Shown here: positions 23,001 to 31,043 of the stretch, one piece after another
How positions within the stretch are numbered: position 1 is the first letter of the stretch
Layout: every line of letters begins with the position of its first letter
Virus record (IMG/VR): IMGVR_UViG_3300001688_000201
DNA length: 32,554 bases
From: a virus
Direction: 5' to 3' (one strand)
Notes under the pieces: generated by a model
Database searches by the model: none
What the model was told of the DNA's origin: nothing
What the model saw: only the letters and a program-made list of their open reading frames with translations
Translations under genes and position numbers: made by a program

Positions 23001-23585
23001 TTTTAAATCTGTCAACTCTTTTTCCTGCTCATTTATTGACCTTTTGAGTTTATCCATAGAGCTGGCACTCTTGGTATTTTCGCTTTGCATTTCATTTAAT
23101 TTAAAATTGTATTTATCTATCTCTTTTTCAGTTTTATTAATAGAAGCCTGCTGATTTAATATTGATACTTTTAATTTATCTACAGAATTTACACTAGCCT
23201 GCTGTTGTCTTTCAAGTTTAGCTATTTCTTTATTTAAAACCTTTACTTCTTCTGACTCTTCACCATACTGTGCTATTGCTTCTTCTTTTTGATCTTTCAG
23301 TTTTTCTAACTGCTGATCATACTTTTGTAAAACATCAACATTATTATTATATTTGTTCTTTAGTTGTTCCAGTTTACTTTTTTCAGCTTCTAAAACGGTA
23401 TTGAGCTGTTTGATTTTAGCTCCTAATCCATCTGTACTGGTAGCCCAATTATCCAGCTTACTGCTTGACTCTTTAAACTCTGCATTAGCTAATTTTATTT
23501 TTTTTGTTGCTTCTGCTGTAGATGTCTTTAATTCATCTATATCCACTTCATACTTAATACCGTAAATATTTTCTTTGTCTGCCAC
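20013..23585 (-). CDS. Tape measure protein
   Basis: About 1190 aa with long coiled coils and a central hydrophobic/TM block, located after the G/T chaperones. The likely start is GTG at 23585 (SD GGTGGTG, product MADKENIYGIKYEV); the track starts at a TTG at 23603. Confidence 0.9.
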   Translation of the reverse strand: MADKENIYGIKYEVDIDELKTSTAEATKKIKLANAEFKESSSKLDNWATSTDGLGAKIKQLNTVLEAEKSKLEQLKNKYNNNVDVLQKYDQQLEKLKDQKEEAIAQYGEESEEVKVLNKEIAKLERQQQASVNSVDKLKVSILNQQASINKTEKEIDKYNFKLNEMQSENTKSASSMDKLKRSINEQEKELTDLKSEYTSIILEQGKTSTEAQQLAGKIKELNNSLKTSKSTLNEVESEANQLTDALQDTGEEAKNSSEGFTVMKGALASLIANGINGAISKTKEYVTSVLSLSEATEEYRQMQAKITGSANSFGYSIDFAKERYKEFYSYLKDDQMATNAITNLMGMKVSTDTLTNSARGAIAVWASYGDSIPIEGLTESINESAQVAKVTGSLADAINWAKRSNEEWALVLGAGSKAQKAFNKSVKEGEAVEDAFSSALATCNSTQERADLIARVLNNTFGKSKETYDQLSGSIIDANREAVELKETQAELGESVQPLNTSLTKLKNDVLKELAPSIKKVSNDFQEWADGIDWNGFAKDVGKVFETSMKGLGWLSKNIKPVSALITGLTVAWIANKKAQTLANTASLVTKGTTLLLTGVTKGATLATNAHTIATNAGTVAQKAFNLAQSATPLGLFTTLVVGATVAIGTYLVALDGAKNKYQENIEETQKAINTHKELIAEQTKAIETTNGEMNNVQSLSNELKTLADENGKVKEGYEARVKYILNELNSALGTEMELQNGVISKYKDTIKSIDDLIAKKRAEVILEAQLPAYKEAVTKATEAQIEASRREAEYAEVKKKNDKEIADLQGKLANASDYEARSIQSRIGILQQETTQAKISYEKKKEEAQGYYNTMAEYETNATRLSSENAEEWKKIETSTVTAKATSNYEKIQLLEQQKLAEEQHLQYLQEKYKGTNDAIELQQIESQQKKIQNIQNEINGMTSTVEGKTPEYVGKYQQMALKALSAFDGDTNKYFGVSQKKFDNVVKGLNSKDPEVQAKAQETAQKMLDKMKTNPKSKNDPYYQAGINTLEGVLNGTNAKAPSLWESMKSYGNRMLNDFKDSLGIKSPSRKFAQISQWIPEGIKKGVDKKAKVAINAVKDLSEKMLKEGEGISLPFSIDSVKSNLNDSIKNIRSAMQMDNHVLAGTSNNVNNVTFNQYNTSPKAIDSLETYRNTQKQLKLFKTWKGE

Positions 23586-23596
23586 GTTTTCACCAC

Positions 23597-23857
23597 CTAA
23601 CAATCTGTAACTTTAACACTGTATCTTTTCTTATTGTTTTTAGCTGTATTCCCTGCATAACTGGTTCTAGCTTGATTGTCCTCTTTATGATTATCAATGT
23701 ATGTATTTAAGTTTTTCACCAGCTTAAACACTTCAACAGCTCTAAAATTATCTAAAGATAACGGATCTAACGAGTTAAATCTGTCACTCAATATCATTTC
23801 TATGTCAAAAACTAAATCAATAAGGGAAGTGTCTCCACTTCCCTTACCTAGTTTTTT
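23597..23857 (-). CDS. Tail assembly chaperone T-extension, expressed as a G-T fusion by a -1 frameshift
   Basis: After slippage on A_AAA_AAC, the -1 frame reads KKLGKGSGDTSLIDLVFDIE and runs into the MILSDRF... ORF (23597-23797) without a stop. Confidence 0.7.
   Translation of the reverse strand, partial: KKLGKGSGDTSLIDLVFDIEMILSDRFNSLDPLSLDNFRAVEVFKLVKNLNTYIDNHKEDNQARTSYAGNTAKNNKKRYSVKVTDC
23824..23857 (-). promoter_or_regulatory. Programmed -1 frameshift signal: slippery heptamer plus downstream hairpin
   Basis: A_AAA_AAC (23851-23857) lies in the zero frame, 1 codon before the stop. A 7-nt spacer follows, then an 8-bp perfect stem GGGAAGTG-GAGA-CACTTCCC (23824-23843). Confidence 0.75.
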
Positions 23858-24210
23858 TCATTACTGGTAGCCAGTTTAATAGTGGAAAATGTATATTTTC
23901 CTAAGTCAATGATACATTTAACAACTTCATTAATAGATGTATCTAAAAACTCTTCATCTGTTAAGCCAGGGAAAATATCTTTCATTAATTCACATATTTG
24001 ATCATAAGCCTGATTTAAATATCCTGTTACCAGTTCAATAAGTTTAGTATTACTTTCTAGTGAATTATCCAAAAGACATTTGGATAATTCATCAATCTTT
24101 AAAGTAACAATAATATCCTTTAACAGTCTCATTTTTATTGAGTAGCTCTGACGGGTATATGTTTTTACAATTTCATCTTGTTTGTTATATATATTCAATT
24201 TCAATTCCAT
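23848..24210 (-). CDS. Tail assembly chaperone (gpG-like)
   Basis: A 120-aa acidic protein between the major tail protein and the tape measure. It ends at the slippery site. Confidence 0.75.
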   Translation of the reverse strand: MELKLNIYNKQDEIVKTYTRQSYSIKMRLLKDIIVTLKIDELSKCLLDNSLESNTKLIELVTGYLNQAYDQICELMKDIFPGLTDEEFLDTSINEVVKCIIDLGKYTFSTIKLATSNEKN

Positions 24211-24842
24211 TATTTAGAACCCCCAGCTTTTAAAGACATTGTTTCTACTGCGTCTGGATCATATACTTTTGCAAAGAATTTTTCTTCTGTAATATCCCCT
24301 CCAGCTTTTACCTTGACATATTTTAATGGCTTATTATCTGCTCCTGCAAATCTATGTTGTGTATAGATTGATGTATACTCCCATTCAAGATTAGTTGTTT
24401 CAGTACCATCATCTTTAGTTTTATGGCTTTCTGTACCTCCAGACATTTTCCCTTTATAGATCCAGTAATACCATTCCTGCCCTTCTGTATCTTCACCAAT
24501 AAAACCAACTGCTACGTATGGTCTGTTTTTTGGAGTAGCGAAGTAAATACCTTTTTCGGTATCTGCTTTTCTTCCTTCGATTTTTGCTCTGGTTTCATCA
24601 TCTAATACAGATGTAGTAACGCTATATGTATCTGCCCCTTCTGCTGAAATAACAATAGAAGCCTGGTTATCGTAATACTCTGTTCCAGAACTTTCCTCTT
24701 CTTCTCCTCCAATTTCACGAACCCCAGCAAATCTAACAGGGGTAGCATATGCTAAAGTTGTATTGTTATCTGTTGTTAATGTAGCTAACATTAATTTACG
24801 TACACCTCTAAGATTTTTAAAAATATTTTCTTTGTCTGCCAT
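24210..24842 (-). CDS. Major tail protein
   Basis: Assigned by position, upstream of the G/T chaperones, and by its 210-aa beta-rich sequence. The N-terminus MADKENIFKNLRGVRKLMLATLT recalls the phi13-type major tail family. Confidence 0.7.
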   Translation of the reverse strand: MADKENIFKNLRGVRKLMLATLTTDNNTTLAYATPVRFAGVREIGGEEEESSGTEYYDNQASIVISAEGADTYSVTTSVLDDETRAKIEGRKADTEKGIYFATPKNRPYVAVGFIGEDTEGQEWYYWIYKGKMSGGTESHKTKDDGTETTNLEWEYTSIYTQHRFAGADNKPLKYVKVKAGGDITEEKFFAKVYDPDAVETMSLKAGGSK

Positions 24843-24860
24843 TTTAATTATTCTCCTTTT

Positions 24861-25199
24861 CTATTCTATAAATTTTGCTTCTATACTTCTTCCAGAATGA
24901 TTTTTAGAAGCGCTGTAAACATCATTTCCTTTGCCTGGCACTATCCAGCCTTTAGACATTAAAACCTCTTTAGCCTGTAAAAGAATATCTACAGTTAAAG
25001 AAGGGCTAATAGAGTAGAAGTTGATAGTAAAATACCATACATAACCATCTTCTTTATTGTCATAATAGTTTAGTGTTTCTGTATCATCATTCCAGATTGT
25101 AAAAAAATGATCTGGGTATTCTTCACTATCTGTAAATGAGCCCTGCTCATATACTTCATATCCTAATGTTTCTAGTAATTTCCATAGCTCATTTTTCAT
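24861..25199 (-). CDS. Tail terminator / tail completion protein (DUF3168-like position)
   Basis: A 112-aa protein between the gp10-like gene and the major tail gene, joined to its upstream neighbour by an ATGA overlap. The call is positional. Confidence 0.45.
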   Translation of the reverse strand: MKNELWKLLETLGYEVYEQGSFTDSEEYPDHFFTIWNDDTETLNYYDNKEDGYVWYFTINFYSISPSLTVDILLQAKEVLMSKGWIVPGKGNDVYSASKNHSGRSIEAKFIE

Positions 25200-25600
25200 A
25201 ACAATTTTTTCACTTCTTTCTCTAATGTATCTTCTACAGCTCCCTTAACTGCTTTATTTCTTTTTATTTTTTGAATAAATTTAACTGGTTTTTGTACTGG
25301 AGTACCACGATCCAGCCATATAGAAGCTACACCGCCTTTAGATATATCAAAACCTGTCTGTAAGGTTATTTTCTCACCATCATTTTTAACGTTTAGATTA
25401 GTTTCTATAGAGTCTTCTGTAAGTCCAGAATATCTATGTTGATCAATTACTTTTAAATATTCCTGTATTGCCAGTTCACCAGATTTAGTAACTGCTTTTT
25501 CAACAGTTTTAGGAATATCACCGCCTAGACGCTCTATATCGTGTATGATTTCATCAACACCAGTAAATGTCATAGTACATTTAGTCTTTTTTCTAGCCAC
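25196..25600 (-). CDS. HK97 gp10-like head-tail joining protein
   Basis: FTGVDEIIHDIERLGGDIPKTVEKAVTKSGELAIQEYLK resembles the gp10-family N-terminus. The likely start is GTG at 25600 (SD AGAGGA); the track start at 25621 is a TTG. Confidence 0.55.
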   Translation of the reverse strand: MARKKTKCTMTFTGVDEIIHDIERLGGDIPKTVEKAVTKSGELAIQEYLKVIDQHRYSGLTEDSIETNLNVKNDGEKITLQTGFDISKGGVASIWLDRGTPVQKPVKFIQKIKRNKAVKGAVEDTLEKEVKKLL

Positions 25601-25937
25601 GTGATCCTCTAAGCCCTTCAACTTTAAACTTTAAAAACTGGTGTCTATATTCAATATCTTCTGGCTCTCCCATCACTTCAAAAACTTTGTTATCATCTAA
25701 TCTTTTTAAACGTGTATCGCTTTTAATATCTGGGCTGTACCAGGTTTCCAGGCTTGCTGTATCTTTAATAGCGATAACTCCGTTTACTTCTGTTTCAGTA
25801 CCTCCATAAGTTAAGAAGGAACAATATATAACTTCTCCTTGATCTGGATATACAGCTATATTTTTTCCTAGTTCTTTTTTATATGTAGGGTTTAATACCA
25901 TAAACCCTACATTAAAAGGTTTTACAGGTCTATACAT
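25593..25937 (-). CDS. Head closure protein (SPP1 gp16 / Phage_H_T_join-like)
   Basis: RPVKPFNVGFMVLNPTYKK ... VIYCSFLTYGGTE ... DDNKVFEVMGEPEDIEYRHQFLKFKVE follows the recalled head-closure pattern. Confidence 0.6.
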   Translation of the reverse strand: MYRPVKPFNVGFMVLNPTYKKELGKNIAVYPDQGEVIYCSFLTYGGTETEVNGVIAIKDTASLETWYSPDIKSDTRLKRLDDNKVFEVMGEPEDIEYRHQFLKFKVEGLRGSRG

Positions 25938-25949
25938 CTTTGTTACCTC

Positions 25950-26234
25950 TTATTTATACTTTCTTTGCAGTACATGAAGATAATTACCGCCTTCATGTAC
26001 CTTATTAACTAATGTAATTACTCCAGCTGTAGAAATATTGTAGTGTTGCCCTGGCACCAGCTTAAAACCGTTTATATATACTTCAACATAACTTTTACCA
26101 TTAACATAACCAGGTACTGTATAAGTTGAAGTACTGCCAGTTATTTCTACATAATAATTAGTCTCTGTTGGTATAGCATTAGCTTTTAATTTTGCTGTTA
26201 GAGTTTTTAATCCGTTTAGTGATAATACTTTCAT
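25950..26234 (-). CDS. Small beta-rich fibre-cassette protein (94 aa)
   Basis: It shares the N-terminus MKVLSL..L.....K.N with the 233-aa neighbour. The remainder is an Ig-like/beta pattern (YVEVYINGFKLVPGQHY). Confidence 0.5.
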   Translation of the reverse strand: MKVLSLNGLKTLTAKLKANAIPTETNYYVEITGSTSTYTVPGYVNGKSYVEVYINGFKLVPGQHYNISTAGVITLVNKVHEGGNYLHVLQRKYK

Positions 26235-26251
26235 TTCTAATCACCATTAAA

Positions 26252-26953
26252 TTAAAATAATGCTTCGATTTCTTCGGTTGTAATTTCTTCAACTTTTACT
26301 AGATCAGCTAATTTATTCTTTTCTGCTGTTGTATAGTCATTAGTAGACAGTTGTTTACCACTGACTTTATCAACTTTATTCACTATTTTAGTATCAACGA
26401 TATTTCCAACTTGTGCAGATGTTTGATAACCACTGTCATTAGTTAATTGTGAAACCTTTGTAGGTAATTCAGTTTTTTTAGCATATTCAGTTAAATTAAT
26501 TTCACGTGTTCCCAACTTCTCATATTTATTTCCCAGCCAGACATATTCATCATATACGTTGTTTCCAGAACCACTATTAGACAATAAATATAAGATCCCT
26601 TTTTTCCCCGTACCTGGTAACTCTTCAACTGCTTGTGTATCAAAACCAGTAATACCAGAAACTGCCTGAGCAATTTCCTGCGTCACTTCTGTTTTAACCG
26701 CATATCCACTTAAATCAACATTAACCGCTTTGCTTCCATCTGGTACTAATGGTGATCCATTGACTTTTACTGATTTAACCGTTAACGGCTCTAATGTTGC
26801 TAATTTATTCTTTTCTGCTGTTGTGTAGTCATTAGTAGATAATTGTTTACCGCCGACTTTATCAACTTTATTATTTAGATCTGTTTTACTAGCAAAGTTT
26901 GTTTTCACAAGTTCTACAAACTCTGTCAGCTTTTCTAAACTTAAAACTTTCAT
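26252..26953 (-). CDS. Fibre protein with a duplicated KVDKV.GKQLSTNDYTTAEKNKLA motif
   Basis: Two copies of the motif lie 164 aa apart, encoded by a 74-bp direct DNA repeat. LS.ND(F/Y)T...K.KL is a recurrent phage-fibre repeat. Confidence 0.55.
   Translation of the reverse strand: MKVLSLEKLTEFVELVKTNFASKTDLNNKVDKVGGKQLSTNDYTTAEKNKLATLEPLTVKSVKVNGSPLVPDGSKAVNVDLSGYAVKTEVTQEIAQAVSGITGFDTQAVEELPGTGKKGILYLLSNSGSGNNVYDEYVWLGNKYEKLGTREINLTEYAKKTELPTKVSQLTNDSGYQTSAQVGNIVDTKIVNKVDKVSGKQLSTNDYTTAEKNKLADLVKVEEITTEEIEALF
26307..26380. repeat. Intragenic direct repeat, copy A (74 bp, 69/74 identical to 26799-26872)
   Basis: The two segments were aligned by eye: gctaatttattcttttctgctgttgt(a/g)tagtcattagtaga... 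Confidence 0.9.
26799..26872. repeat. Intragenic direct repeat, copy B
   Basis: See copy A. The copies are 492 bp apart and in frame. Confidence 0.9.
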
Positions 26954-26965
26954 TTTTCTTCTCCC

Positions 26966-27541
26966 TTACTTAAATAAATCTTGTATTTCTTGTGAAGTGA
27001 TTTCTTCTAAAACCGTTCCTTCTTCGACTCTATCAAGTCTTAATAAAATATCTTCTAAAATATCTGGGTTTTGTTCTATAACTGCTTCACTGGTTTCTAA
27101 TCCCTCTAAAACTGTTAATTGTGAAATAGTAGTATTCCAGTGTTCTTTAGTCTTGCTATTGTGCATACAAACAATGAAATTAATTTCACCTTTATAACGT
27201 GTGGCAAAATTTGAGATCAGCCAGCTAAATGTTAAATGATCATCTTCAATAGCTACATCTTCACAGTGGTGTTTATCAGCTTCTTTATTTGCATTTAAAT
27301 AATTAATACTTACATCAAGTTTTGAAAGATCAGTTATCTGCGCTGTCTTGTGACACTTGAAAAATATCTTTTTTGTATTGTTATCTGCCATAACACCAGC
27401 TATCTTTAGACTCTCTGGTATTGTTATCTTCCTGCTTATACTGTCAATCACACAGCGTTCCTCTGTATTTTCTGCTAAAGTATTGATAGGATACCTAGAT
27501 TTTTCAACATATTTTTTATACGCTTCATCTAGTTCATTCAT
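26966..27541 (-). CDS. BppU-N-like structural protein (191 aa)
   Basis: AGVMADNNTKKIFFKC ... DLSKLDVSINYLNANKEAD ... DDHLTFSWLISNFATRYKGEINFIV fits the recalled BppU_N pattern (D.N...I.F ... DLS ... I.Y.NA.G ... F.W.I....T...G...F.I). The C-terminus EEITSQEIQDLFK resembles that of the 233-aa neighbour. Confidence 0.45.
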   Translation of the reverse strand: MNELDEAYKKYVEKSRYPINTLAENTEERCVIDSISRKITIPESLKIAGVMADNNTKKIFFKCHKTAQITDLSKLDVSINYLNANKEADKHHCEDVAIEDDHLTFSWLISNFATRYKGEINFIVCMHNSKTKEHWNTTISQLTVLEGLETSEAVIEQNPDILEDILLRLDRVEEGTVLEEITSQEIQDLFK

Positions 27542-27878
27542 TTTTTTCTACCTCCTTTAGCAGTGCTGTTGCAAGCTCTTTATATTTTTGCAGCTCTTCA
27601 TTTTCGTTCATTTCTTTTTTTTCATAAGAAAGCTGTATAACTCTATCTTTGAAGTACTCTGATAAATTTACATCACCACTACCATAATTCCACAAATCAT
27701 TAACACCTCGTGTTACTGTACCTTTACACTTTCTACTTATAGCTAATTCTTTAGGTACACCAGAAGAAATCATATATTCTATGACTTCTTCAATGTACTC
27801 TTTAACTGTTTCTTCTTGATATGAAGGGGCGCCTATAGATTTAATAATATTTGCTGTAAACTCATATTCAAATTCCAT
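27534..27878 (-). CDS. Head-tail connector (gp6-like, Phage_connect_1-type)
   Basis: It is the first gene after the capsid gene and is 114 aa. The motifs VKEYIEEVIEYMISSGVP and LSEYFKDRVIQL resemble that family. Confidence 0.5.
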   Translation of the reverse strand: MEFEYEFTANIIKSIGAPSYQEETVKEYIEEVIEYMISSGVPKELAISRKCKGTVTRGVNDLWNYGSGDVNLSEYFKDRVIQLSYEKKEMNENEELQKYKELATALLKEVEKNE

Positions 27879-27930
27879 TGTAGCCCTCCTTATTTTGCTG
27901 TTTCTTTAGTTCTTGTTGTTCTAGCTTTAA

Positions 27931-29151
27931 CTAAGCTGTCTTTTTTTTTAAACGTACAAAACCATCTTGTCTAATGACGTTACCAGCTACAAATACAGAT
28001 CCTTTAATACAGATCATACCTTCTTTAAATTTATAATCTGTAGACTCCATAACCTCTACATCTGAAAAGATAGGTACTTTGTAAGCTGTCGGATCACCAT
28101 AAATCATTACAAATTCACCCTCATTAGCACTTTCAAAATCTTTCATATTGCTATTGATTTCATAAGGAATTGTATTAATTGTCTTGTTTTTAATATCAAT
28201 GTTATAAGCTGGATCTCCATTTGCTTTTTTAACTTCTGATAGTGCTTTTAATGTTTTCTTGTTTAATAATAATGTTCCCTGTTGTTCTACATCTTCGTCA
28301 CCACCATAATTAAATACTGCTTCATTTAATGTATTAATATCAATAGTTGAAATTTCAACATCTTTTGCAGAATCAATAGCTTTAGGTGTTGCACAAATAC
28401 CAGTTAATTGTTTTGTACCAGTTCCCAAAATTGATTGTTGTGATAATTTCTTTTTCATTGCAATTTCAATAGCGCTTTTTACTTTTTCATAATATTGTAA
28501 TGCTGGAAGTTTCTTTGTTTCTTCACTCACTTCGGCATAAGCTGTAATTTTTACTTTTGTCATTGGTGCATAGTTAAATACTGGTTCTGCTTCTGTGTAT
28601 GCTTCACCTTCACCTGTAATACCACCTTCACCATATGATTTTACATATGCTTCTTCATAAGACTCTCCACCGATTAAGTTTTCTGTTGCTACTTTATCGA
28701 TCCATGTTGATACTGGTTTAAAAGTATCATTAATTTGTGATCCTTGGTGTTTTGGTAATAATAAATTACCAGACTCAATTTTTACTGCTCTTTTTTCTAA
28801 TAATGCTTTACCACGTTTTTCAAATTCTTCATTCATTTTCTTTTCTCTTGCTTCCATATCTTCACCAGCACCGCCACGCATACCATAAGTACCACGCATT
28901 AATAAAGATCTTTGTTGTGCTTTATTTTCCTCTTCCTGGTTTTCTTGATCATTATTTTCTTCTTGTTCTTTTTCTTTATCTTCAACATTTGCTAACTGTT
29001 TTTCAGCTTCATCTAGTTCACTTCTAACTTTTGTTAAGGTTTCTCCTAGTTTAGCTCTTTCTTCTTTATCGTCACTTTCAATCTGTGCTTTCTCTAATGT
29101 TTGAATTTGTGATCTCTTTTCTTTAATAATTTTTTTAATCCAATCTTTCAT
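27931..29151 (-). CDS. Major capsid protein, HK97 fold with an N-terminal delta (scaffold) domain
   Basis: It follows the prohead protease. The first ~110 aa form a coiled-coil, acidic region, followed by a typical HK97-family body (KITAYAEVSEE, LLLNKKTLKAL, GYPVxxS-like segment). Confidence 0.85.
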   Translation of the reverse strand: MKDWIKKIIKEKRSQIQTLEKAQIESDDKEERAKLGETLTKVRSELDEAEKQLANVEDKEKEQEENNDQENQEEENKAQQRSLLMRGTYGMRGGAGEDMEAREKKMNEEFEKRGKALLEKRAVKIESGNLLLPKHQGSQINDTFKPVSTWIDKVATENLIGGESYEEAYVKSYGEGGITGEGEAYTEAEPVFNYAPMTKVKITAYAEVSEETKKLPALQYYEKVKSAIEIAMKKKLSQQSILGTGTKQLTGICATPKAIDSAKDVEISTIDINTLNEAVFNYGGDEDVEQQGTLLLNKKTLKALSEVKKANGDPAYNIDIKNKTINTIPYEINSNMKDFESANEGEFVMIYGDPTAYKVPIFSDVEVMESTDYKFKEGMICIKGSVFVAGNVIRQDGFVRLKKKTA

Positions 29152-29154
29152 TTT

Positions 29155-29796
29155 CTAATTACCTCCATAAATTTTTAATAACATTCTTGCTTCTAAACTT
29201 AATTTTTTAGATCTCTCCAGATCTTTTCCATGATGTTTTGAGTTCTCCAACTCGCCACGCAATCTCTCCAGATTGCTTTTATCACGTGCATATATTTCTG
29301 TGTCCTCATAAGCTGGAAATGTAACTGCCGACACTTCCACAACACTAGAAATAGCTCTAATTCTATGAGTCGGTTTATCTGTATCTAAACCTTCCCACGC
29401 TTCCTCTTCAATCGAAAACATGAAGCTCATACCTGTAATATCTCCACGCTGAATAGCACTGTATAAATTTCTTGCTTCTGTATTGCTTTCAATATCTAAA
29501 TAAACTCTAATAAATAAACCTTGTTCATCTACCCCTAACTGCATAGTAGAGTTTTCGTTATTCTTTCTACTACGAGCTAAAGGAATTTTACTAATATCAT
29601 GATTTACTAAAAATCTAACATCTGTAAGATCAGCATTATCTAAAGCTCCTGCTTCAATAATTTCACTACAAAAGCCTAAATCTGTCATAGAGTCATAAAC
29701 AATCGGTCTACCCTCAATAACTTTTCCTTTTTCATCTTCTGTAGCTCTTACTTCAAAATTATAGGATCTGTTAATTAGTTCTTTTTTATTCTTCAT
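29155..29796 (-). CDS. Prohead maturation protease (HK97 family, S78/U35)
   Basis: FEVRATEDEKGKVIEGRPIVYDSMTDLG ... FLVNHD ... GMSFMF ... EVSAVTFPAYEDT match the recalled family blocks. It overlaps the portal stop (ATGA). Confidence 0.85.
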   Translation of the reverse strand: MKNKKELINRSYNFEVRATEDEKGKVIEGRPIVYDSMTDLGFCSEIIEAGALDNADLTDVRFLVNHDISKIPLARSRKNNENSTMQLGVDEQGLFIRVYLDIESNTEARNLYSAIQRGDITGMSFMFSIEEEAWEGLDTDKPTHRIRAISSVVEVSAVTFPAYEDTEIYARDKSNLERLRGELENSKHHGKDLERSKKLSLEARMLLKIYGGN

Positions 29797-31028
29797 ACTA
29801 CACCCCCCTCATTGTCTTTTAATTTGTTATGCTTCATTTGATAAGACTGTGCTAAATTAACGTCTATGTAATTTAATGACTGCATACGTTTGCCTTCCAG
29901 CTCTTCTAAAGGCTCTAAACCTAAAGCAATACGTTTTTCATTTTCGTACAGATCGCCACTATCGCCTAAAATTCTAATAGCCTCTAATACCTGGGTTGTA
30001 GTCATGAATATTAAAGCTTGTGGTAAGAAAATAATTTCATTTCCTAACTGCTTTTCTCTGTCTGTAAACAGTGTTTTAGTAAAAGCCTGTGATATTGCTA
30101 TAACAAGTGGCTCTAATTTTTTTTGATAAAAGGCTTCATACTGATCTTTTGTATAATCACCTATTAAGATAGCCATACTGACTCCAAAAATTCTCAATAT
30201 TCTGTTATCAATAAATTTAAGCGTATCAGCGTCCACCATCTGCACTTTTTTAGCTATAGGTATGTAGTCGCTTTTTCCATCAAGCCCTAAAATCCCAGAC
30301 TCATTATTTTTTAGTTTTTCGTTAAACTCATTTACCATATTCTGCACTTTATCTCGATCCATCATTGAACCAGATTTAACAACACCATTAATAGAAAATG
30401 AGCTTTTCATAGCTTTTAATATACCTTCTCTCATATTGGTATCCATTTCCAATAATTTAATAAGTGCGTCATTGTCTGGCTGTCCGTTTTCGTTTCCTCC
30501 TAAATAATCATTAAAAGAAAACTTATATCTAATATGGATCACTTCGCTGTAAGGCAAAGTAAATTCCTGCATATTTTTAAACTGCATTTTTATAAATAAA
30601 GTTCCTGTAGTATCTTCTAAAAAATCTACTTTTCTAGGCTGTAGGGGATAAAGGGCTATATACTGCTTTGACTTACTGCCATCTTTATTTTTAATCACTT
30701 TGTAAACTGGATATATAATAGCGTTATAGTTTAAAAACAAATTCCAAATCACTTTACTCATAAAATCGCTTTTAGTCATAAGTTCATTAGGGTTATCCAA
30801 TACATACTGTATAGATCCTTTAACTGGTACTTGATTATGTTTTTCTCCTCTAACGTGTTTAGGCTGTAGCTTTGTCATTTCCTGTACAATACAATCAACG
30901 ATAGATTGTACAACATCACTAGCATATATATCTGATCCAAACTGTGAAAAGATAGGCAATCCACTGTTTAACATATGAGCATATCTCAAACCGTTTATTT
31001 TATTTTTCAGCTTTTCAAATATTCCCAT
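29793..31028 (-). CDS. Portal protein (HK97 family)
   Basis: It lies directly after terL. SD AAAGGAGG is 6 nt before the ATG at 31028 (MGIFEKLK...); the track start at 31034 is a TTG. Size and sequence are typical of the Phage_portal family. Confidence 0.85.
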   Translation of the reverse strand: MGIFEKLKNKINGLRYAHMLNSGLPIFSQFGSDIYASDVVQSIVDCIVQEMTKLQPKHVRGEKHNQVPVKGSIQYVLDNPNELMTKSDFMSKVIWNLFLNYNAIIYPVYKVIKNKDGSKSKQYIALYPLQPRKVDFLEDTTGTLFIKMQFKNMQEFTLPYSEVIHIRYKFSFNDYLGGNENGQPDNDALIKLLEMDTNMREGILKAMKSSFSINGVVKSGSMMDRDKVQNMVNEFNEKLKNNESGILGLDGKSDYIPIAKKVQMVDADTLKFIDNRILRIFGVSMAILIGDYTKDQYEAFYQKKLEPLVIAISQAFTKTLFTDREKQLGNEIIFLPQALIFMTTTQVLEAIRILGDSGDLYENEKRIALGLEPLEELEGKRMQSLNYIDVNLAQSYQMKHNKLKDNEGGVV

Positions 31029-31043
31029 GCACAACCTCCTTTA

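Noticed and set aside
20013-23585. Apparent repetitiveness of the tape measure gene (many KLKxxLEE-type stretches), considered as a tandem DNA repeat or diversity-generating target
   Set aside because: The repetitiveness is at the level of coiled-coil amino-acid composition. I could not find exact or near-exact DNA tandem units. The genome has no reverse transcriptase or template/variable repeat pair that would indicate a DGR.
24323-24508. Same-strand alternative-frame ORFs inside the major tail gene (24323-24508) and inside the fibre gene (26491-26673)
   Set aside because: They are fully nested in longer ORFs that have coherent structural-protein sequences. They have no SD and no independent support.
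527-30126. Plus-strand ORFs of 60-128 aa in the supplied track: 527-913, 4479-4802, 5855-6070, 8248-8430, 8602-8922, 9616-9801, 11809-12123, 18040-18234, 21286-21492, 22195-22482, 22891-23154, 23353-23565, 24178-24366, 24423-24605, 26997-27197, 27357-27560, 28737-29027 and 29890-30126
   Set aside because: All lie antisense to well-supported minus-strand genes. They lack Shine-Dalgarno sequences and translate to the Phe/Leu/Ser/Ile-rich low-complexity strings expected from the reverse complement of AT-rich, Lys/Glu/Asn-rich coding DNA.
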